64,000 nucleotides of DNA from the human T2T-CHM13v2.0 reference genome, Homo sapiens: NCBI RefSeq assembly GCF_009914755.1, contig NC_060935.1; one strand, given 5' to 3'. The translations under genes and the position numbers were made by a program. Every line of letters starts with the position of its first letter. Position 1 is the first letter of the stretch. This document shows, piece by piece, positions 57,586-64,000 of the stretch. The notes below the pieces were generated by a model, which worked only from the letters and a program-made list of their open reading frames with translations, did no database searches and was not told the DNA's origin.

Positions 57586-57640
57586 CTTGACTGAAGAGGA
57601 AGAAGCAGACGAAGAGCAGATCGAGCTGGAAGGGTTTCAT
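57586..57640 (-). CDS. KIRREL3: KIRREL3 (NEPH2) coding exon 1: signal peptide N-terminus, 18 codons plus 1 nt (phase 1)
   Basis: The minus strand reads ATG AAA CCC TTC CAG CTC GAT CTG CTC TTC GTC TGC TTC TTC CTC TTC AGT CAA G|gtagga. This gives MKPFQLDLLFVCFFLFSQ, matching the recalled human KIRREL3 N-terminus, with a hydrophobic signal-peptide core. Canonical GT donor at 57585; in-frame TAA 6 nt upstream of the ATG. Confidence 0.95.
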
Positions 57641-58000
57641 TCCTTAGCGCAGCGAAGGAAAGCCGGCGGGGTAACTTGGCTGTGGTTAGTTTCTCTTCCT
57701 TGGCGGCTCTCGGTGCTCAGCCTCCGCCGGTCCTCTCGGGTTCGCGCCTACCATCTGTCCGTCCGTGGGTCCCTCCGGGTGGCTTCGGTCTCTTTGTGCC
57801 TCTGGGTATCTGCAGCCAGCCGACACAAACTGCCTGTTCTTAGCCGCCTCGGGAAGCCGGGATTGTCAGCAATGTCCCCACTCGGAGAAGATCCATTCTC
57901 TGGCTCTTGGCATCCCAGGCACACGGCTTCCTCAGGCGGGCTCCTCCCACAGTGAGCGAGCGAGCTAGTGACGAGTGACAGAAGGACTCCTTTCACTGAA
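57641..58000 (-). other. KIRREL3: KIRREL3 exon 1 5' UTR (upper boundary approximate)
   Basis: CpG-rich sequence continuous with the ATG. The TSS is not readable directly. An AT-rich TTTAATTATG element lies at about 58034-58043. Confidence 0.6.
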
Positions 58001-60577
58001 GCTGAGGCGAGGGGAGAGGGAGGGGAGACAGGTCATAATTAAAGAGGAAACACTCGGAAAAAGGAGATCTATGCAAAACGGACAGTGGGGGAAAAGGCTG
58101 TGTTCTTTCTTTTCCCTAAATAGGGAAAAATTCAGCTTTTGTCACCATTATTGACCAAAAGGCATCTTGAGCTTGGAGTGGAGCTGTGACTTTTTGTCCA
58201 CACGATGTCCTGTTTAACAGTGAAGTTAAGGATGACTATCCACATGCATGTGCACAAAAACATGCACGCCCTGCCTTTGCAAAGGAACTGGAAACTGGGC
58301 TGAAAGGGAACTAGGAAGGGGGGGTGCGCATCTTTCCCTCGGAAGGACTTGGCCAATGTGTGCAGCGGGAGGCTCGGAGTTGGAGAAGAGATAAGCATGC
58401 TTTGCATTTCTGAGAGTTTCCTGTGGGTGGGTGGGTGGTTGTGGTGGGGGGGGGGGTAGGTAATAAAACCTGAACATTTGGATCTTAGTTTGCTTTGCAC
58501 TGCTCCTGGAAGACAAAATGCAGGAACTAAAGGGAAGGCAAGTAGGCTTGTGACACACACCCATTTATTATCATTATCCTGGTTTGTGCATTTCCTAACG
58601 AGGACAGGGGAGCAGCCTGTCTTTGCATTCAGAGCCTCTCCTCTAATGAGCGCTCCATCACTCTGAGCCTGTCTTTTCTCCAAGAGGTGCTGTGAGTCCA
58701 ATTGCAAAGGAGAGGCCAAGGTCAGAGACAACTGCGTCCTAAGGATCTTCAAGCCTTTTACCTGTCATGAAATTCACACTCCACACTCAAATCAAACTCG
58801 GTTTCCTCCAGGATATCAACATGAATTTATCTGGGTCTATTTACTTAATAGACATTTAGGCATGCTTGGTATAAGCAGGCCATGGAGGGAAGCAAAATAA
58901 TAGGCACAGACCATGCCTTCAGAAGCTCATAATCTAGTGTGCAAGCAGAGTACACACACAAGATGCAAACTCTAAGGACATAACAAAACAACACAGAAAA
59001 ATATTCAACGTTATGCACTGTGAGAAGGAGAGGTAAAGAGAGAGGAGAGGAAAATGAAAGACGCTCCCCTGACATGTGCCATTTAGCATTCAATTCTAAA
59101 ATCAGTCATTACTGTCTTCAGTCCCTGGACCTTGGGGAGGTCTTTTGGGAAACTCTTAGCCTTTCCTCTTTCAGTAGTAGCACATCTTTTGAGGACTCTG
59201 CTCACTACAAGGCACATTCCAACTCCAAGTTTCCATGCGAATGTTAACTTTAAAAAATTATCCCTTGGTATTTGTGAACAAGAAAGAAAGAAGCAGGGGC
59301 ATATAGAAGTGTGCTAGTAGGAGCTGACATCTGGTAGTTGACACCAAAGATCTACAAATTAGTAGGTGTCTGCTTTGTTGACTTTTCTATTCTTAACTTA
59401 ATAGTTTATTTAACTGCATCCCTTAGAGGCTGTTAAACACAGCAAAGGGAAATTTGTAAGCAAACTTTGGGAGGAGAAACAGAAATGTTGAGCAACAGAA
59501 ACTAAAAGGACACAAAAGAGGCAGCCCATTAGCTAAATTAACAAACAAGTTACTGAAGCAGTGTCAGCTGAGCCTGAGTCCATTAGCCTGGTGTAACAGA
59601 TCATGCAATAAATGGAAGAGGCAAATCAAAAACACACAGAGGAGATGAAAAATAATTTTAAATAACATATGCCAAATAACACAGTAAGACTGAAAATAAC
59701 TCTATGTATAGCGCCGTCACCTTAGTAGTAGCTTTGCATTAAGCCTATGGGGTTGTTGGGGAGAAATTTCAGGTGTCTGCGTGCCATTCTTGCAGGGAAT
59801 AGGACAAATACTAGAATGCAGATTCTCTATCAAAGGTAGCAACATTTGACGTTTTAACTAAAGATTTATCCTTTAAGCTGTTGTTTAATTTTGAGTGCTA
59901 ATTCCTCAATGGCCCAGGGCCCAGATTTGCTTAATTCAGCCCCCGAGGGAACTATTACAAAACCAGGGTCACAAGGCTAGTGAAGTGTGCAATACGCAAT
60001 AATCAGGCACACGTACAGGCGTCTGCACTCCACACTCGCACTGACTCTTGGAAAGAAGAGGGGGGCCTGGGAGATCCAGGTTGGAAGGATCTTGTTTCGC
60101 TCTCCCATTTGGCCCCCAACACTGGCCTCATGGCCCCCTTACTGGCTCCAGGCATCCCCCTCACCCCCACCAACGAGCCAGCTGGGCCTGTTCCCCTCTC
60201 CACTCCCCTCTACTCCCTCCCTGTAACCTCCGGTCTCCCGCAGAAAGAAAGAAAAAAAAAAAGCTTGGATTAAGTGATGAGCTGCCCGCCTCTAAAAGGA
60301 CCAGGAGGCGTATCAAGCCTGAGTGCCGGAAAACCCACGGCAATCTTCAGCAGCCACCACGTGGGGCAGAGAACGCGAGCAGTACCTGCAGGACCCACAG
60401 CCGGTCGGGCTCTGGCGCCAGCCTCGACGGCGGCCCCGCCATCTCCGCCCGGCTGCCCGCTGCCTCACCTCCTCCGGGGGCTCGGTTAGCCTCCTGGCGC
60501 TGCAAGGCTGCCTGCGCGCGGTTCGCTCCGGGGGAGGGAGGAGGAGGGAGGCGGCGAGGAGCCGACGGCTCCACCTG

Positions 60578-61303
60578 ATGGAGAAGCGCGGAGAGTCCCT
60601 AGACCTCGGAGTGCGCTGCAAGAGGGGAGAGGAGAGAGACCGCCGCCCCTGCTGGAAGCCTTCGCGTCCGGGGGCGGCGCGCGGGGGAAGGGGTCTCTGG
60701 ACAGTCGGTGGAGGCGGCAGCCCTACAGAGACAGCCGAAAGCCAGCAACTTGGAAAACCGCCCGAATTCTGGGTTTCTGCACATCCAGGCTGGCTCCAGG
60801 TCTCTTGTGCCCACCGTGCAAGCCGGTGGGATGCCAGCAGGTGGCATCCTCTCCAGCGTTTCTTCGCCAGGCGTGGAGTCCGGAGGCCGAATCCATCAGT
60901 CCCCAGCCCCCTCCCCAAGCCTCCGGTGCCAAGTGCTGGGTCCTGTGAGCCCCTGGCCCCGCCCCCCACCTCCGCCAGCGGGGCGAGCCGGAGCTGGGTG
61001 ACCCAGACCCTCGCGGAGGCGGGAGCCTACAGAGGATGCCGGCCGGCCCCAGGTTCTGCTGCTGGCTGGCCAAGAAGTGACAGGAGGGCAAGGCTCCCCC
61101 GGAAAGCGTCCAAGCCCTGCTCTCCTGCTCTTCCAAGCCTTGCTGCGTGTTGCCCCCAGGGTTTTCTGAGATCTGGGACGAAGAGAGTGATGTGCAAGGT
61201 TCTGGGTCCCGGTGCAGGAGTGAGGGGTACGGCTGTCGAGTGCTCGGAGCAGGCTGGCGTTTGGGCACACTGCAGACCTCAGCTCACCGCCACTTTCTCC
61301 TGA
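60578..61303 (+). CDS. Putative 241-aa Pro/Arg/Gly-rich ORF (former PRR10); probably not a functional protein
   Basis: ATG at 60578 (MEKRGESLDLG...) to TGA at 61303, within the 326-codon track ORF. Composition is typical of stop-poor CpG-island frames, with no recognisable domain. Confidence 0.3.
   Translation: MEKRGESLDLGVRCKRGEERDRRPCWKPSRPGAARGGRGLWTVGGGGSPTETAESQQLGKPPEFWVSAHPGWLQVSCAHRASRWDASRWHPLQRFFARRGVRRPNPSVPSPLPKPPVPSAGSCEPLAPPPTSASGASRSWVTQTLAEAGAYRGCRPAPGSAAGWPRSDRRARLPRKASKPCSPALPSLAACCPQGFLRSGTKRVMCKVLGPGAGVRGTAVECSEQAGVWAHCRPQLTATFS
60834..60846 (+). promoter_or_regulatory. CTCF core motif
   Basis: CCAGCAGGTGGCA is a full match to CCASYAGRKGGCR, inside the CpG island. Confidence 0.55.
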
Positions 61304-61607
61304 CCTTCCTCGTGGCTGTCAGCCCAATGTCTATCATGTGTTATTCCCTCGGTTTGTTCAAAGGCCTGTTTTGGATACTTAAAGACATGTGGAATGACTA
61401 TGAGAATTCCTGTTCCTGGAAAGTTTGTCCTCTAGTTGGAAAGAGGTATATACAGGTCTGTATGCGGGAAAATATTATAAAACATCTCACTGACATTTTA
61501 ATAAGAGAAATTGCCCTGGATGGCATCTGTCTGGGCTCTTCCTTTCCATTAGAGATGCATCCTTCTAGGTTAGCTTGCTTGGGGCCCTGCAGGAAAGCTG
61601 CAGGATG

Positions 61608-61671
61608 AGGCAACAGTCTAGGGCCCCCACCTGGGCCCAGGCAACAGTCTAGGGCTCCCACCTGGGCCCAG
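61608..61671. repeat. 31-bp tandem duplication
   Basis: aggcaacagtctagggc(c/t)cccacctgggccc x2, with one mismatch. Confidence 0.95.
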
Positions 61672-64000
61672 TGTCCCCACTGTCCTATCCTTCTCCATCT
61701 TCCCCACTGCCATGCTGGCCAGGCTCACAGTCACAGCTATTCTGTGTTCATGAGACACCATTATCACCAAGAAGAGGGAGCGGCTCTTTTAAGAGATGGG
61801 CAGTCATCATGTACGGAGAATTGCCTGTTTAATGCCTCTTCACAGTATTTGTTGCAGAGATACATTAGAAACCGCATTCCCTTTTTGTTTTTCATATATC
61901 CTGCCAGTACTGGTTAAACCTCTTTTGTCCAGGGATTTAACACATTTTGAACAGCCTCCTACTGGGAGTTCAGGGTAACCTGACTCTCCAGTCGTAGGTA
62001 AGTTAATAAGGACTCCAAGCTACGTACACTTCCAGAGACCAGATGGTCGTCAGAGGTCCTCGCTGGGTGGCAGCCTTTATGACCTGGGCAGTCACAGTCT
62101 TCTAGCCTATTTCTTTTTCATTTATCTGAACCAGATTTCTTGCTTACTTCTGTGTAGGTGGATTACGAGACCTTAACCCTGCTCCCTGCAGTTGGTCTTT
62201 CCATTGCAGAGGGAAAGGGCTCAGAGAACCAGATATTCAACTTTCAGAAGCATCCCCTGAAGGGCAGGTTGTCTGCTCCCCTGATTCATTGAGGATCAGG
62301 CCTCATGGAGGGAGTCTGGTGAGCCTTTTGATGTGGCGCTGGCCTGGCCACTGCTAACCAATGTGGCCCCTTAATGAACCTGGGCACACCTTTCTTCATC
62401 TATTAAATGATGTGTTTGAGCCAGTGGATCTCCAGGATTCTTCAGAATCCTAAAATCACATTGTCTTCTGTTCCAGAGGCCACACCTTTCATCATGGAGT
62501 CAAATGGAAATGCTCTTTAATGCCATCAGTGTTAGGGCAGATTATTTCGAGTGGTGGGTCACTATCCCCAAAAAAACAAGTGAGCAAGTGACAACCCTGA
62601 GATCTGTGTGGGCCTCTCCACTGTCATTGGTTCTGACCTTTCCTCAAACTGCTTTGTGTTCATTCTACTCAGTCTGAGTGCCCTCAGTCTTTCCCCAACT
62701 TACTGAACTCATTGTCTTTCCCTTATCTCCTTGTTTTCCCCAGAACCAGACCCCACATCCAGCCTTGGTTCTGGGTTCTAGAACAGACTTCCTTCAACAT
62801 GCATCTACAACCATGTTGGATGCAAAATGCAAACATTTTATTAAAGTAAGGGAGTGGTGATGCCGGAGTGGCTAACTGGAAAAGACTTCCTTTAAAGGGA
62901 GCGAGGACAAGGATGCCTTGTACGTCTTCTGTCTTAATGTGAATCACACTTTACAGTAAAAATTGTTTAATCCTGTATTTTCTCTGATACCCTGGCAGCC
63001 CTATGAAGGTGGGGACAGCGCCCCTCTAGTTCACAGCCGTCTCCACAGCTCTTACCCAGGTAGGCAGTAGGCTCTCACTACGTACTGCTGAATGAATGGT
63101 AAAGTTTTACCTAGTGCCCCACATTCTATTTCCTGTTTTCTGAATCCAATTTAACTTATTCTTCCCTCTGTTATTAAACCATTGTCAAACATCTGGCATG
63201 TGCCTGCCACTGCTCTGGCTGTATTTTATGAGGATGGGTAATGAATTGAGCCTATATATAGTTTGCAAAATGTGGAAACACACTTTAAGAGGCATGGCAC
63301 TAAAGAAATGAAAGATATTTTTATCTCTTCAGCATCATTCTGCACAAGGATACAATTCTCCAGCAGCGCTGTTTAAGAACAATAGACCTGTTTAGCCTTG
63401 ACACGCTCATGCATGCAGGGCACTGGATACTCAATTCACATGGGAGCTGCATTCTCTATCTCAGCAAAGACCTGAAGAATGTGTAATTTACAGGGAAGAA
63501 AAGATATAAGAAATATTATGAAAGGAGATGGCAGTGCTCCATGCCTTGTGTCATTGCTGGCTGGGTGCGTAGGCCAGGACCTTCCGACAAGCTCTGGGTA
63601 TGGCACCAAAGGCAAGCTTCAGCTTCATTCTTCAGGGTTTGAAACAGGTTGTGTGTCATTTTGGAATATACCATGTGCTCTTTTTGTGGATATGAATAGG
63701 CTAATTATGTGGAAATTATTGGAAGACAAAGTGAAATTCCAGTTACATGACTCATTTGTGATATTCAAAGTCTTAGAAATTATACTGCATTTATTCTTTT
63801 CCTCCATTCTTCTTTTTCATGCCCCTCCCCTGAGCCATCCCCCATACCCCCTACCTATGTTATAAATTAGTAAACTTTTATAGCAGCCAAGGGAGTGAAA
63901 GATCTCACTCAATGTTCCTTTAGGCTTTCTTCTTAGATGACGAGTTTTACTTTTCTTTTTATTTATTACATACAGTATTCCTTTTTCCTTCCCATCTTTA

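Larger units (their letters stand above)
57420..58010. promoter_or_regulatory. CpG-rich promoter/exon 1 island of KIRREL3
   Basis: Dense CpG and high GC against a CpG-depleted background; overlaps the start codon. Confidence 0.8.
60290..61320. promoter_or_regulatory. CpG island, likely a bidirectional upstream promoter
   Basis: Very high GC and CpG density with GC boxes, about 2.7-3.7 kb upstream of the KIRREL3 ATG. Confidence 0.85.
60040..63190 (+). ncRNA. KIRREL3-AS3: KIRREL3-AS3 (PRR10) divergent/antisense transcript; boundaries approximate
   Basis: Recalled annotation upstream of KIRREL3. Sequence support: CpG island start, TAG|GTAAGT donor at 61997/61998, strong pyrimidine-tract acceptor ending at 62743, and ATTAAA at 63173-63178. 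Confidence 0.6.

Noticed and set aside
57443-57955. 170-aa plus-strand ORF with an acidic EEEEADEEQIELE stretch
   Set aside because: It is the antisense shadow of the Phe/Leu-rich signal peptide codons in a GC-rich island, with no domain evidence.
60048-61608. Multiple overlapping long ORFs on both strands
   Set aside because: Expected in a CpG island where stop codons are scarce; the products are low-complexity and Arg/Pro/Gly-rich.
63016-63032. CTCF site cagcgcccctctagtt
   Set aside because: An extra base breaks the core spacing and the conserved CC is missing.

Overview
Primate genomic DNA, almost certainly human. The window covers the 5' end of KIRREL3 (NEPH2, an Ig-superfamily synaptic adhesion gene at 11q24) on the minus strand. 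The only supportable protein-coding exon is coding exon 1 (57640->57586, MKPFQLDLLFVCFFLFSQ plus 1 nt, AAG|GTAGG donor). Positions 1-57585 are the start of its very long intron 1, which holds the MIR3167 hairpin and many interspersed repeats: Alu, a 5'-inverted L1PA, a near full-length Tigger1, Tigger3a, MER20, MER5, MER31, MLT1/MLT2, L2 and MIR. Upstream lies a second CpG island carrying the divergent KIRREL3-AS3 (PRR10) ORF and a candidate alternative first exon. Nearly all other ORFs in the track are chance or repeat-derived. I found no evidence of a new multi-gene system. The best leads are candidate alternative first exons/promoters (47.3 kb and 60.5 kb), a four-MRE plus E2F cluster at 14.1 kb, an EGR/NF-Y/E2F CpG patch at 26.3 kb, an unexplained nested hairpin at 21.9 kb, a 30-bp VNTR born inside Tigger3, and several rearrangements readable at base level. 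Gene and repeat names come from recalled sequences and were not checked by database search.
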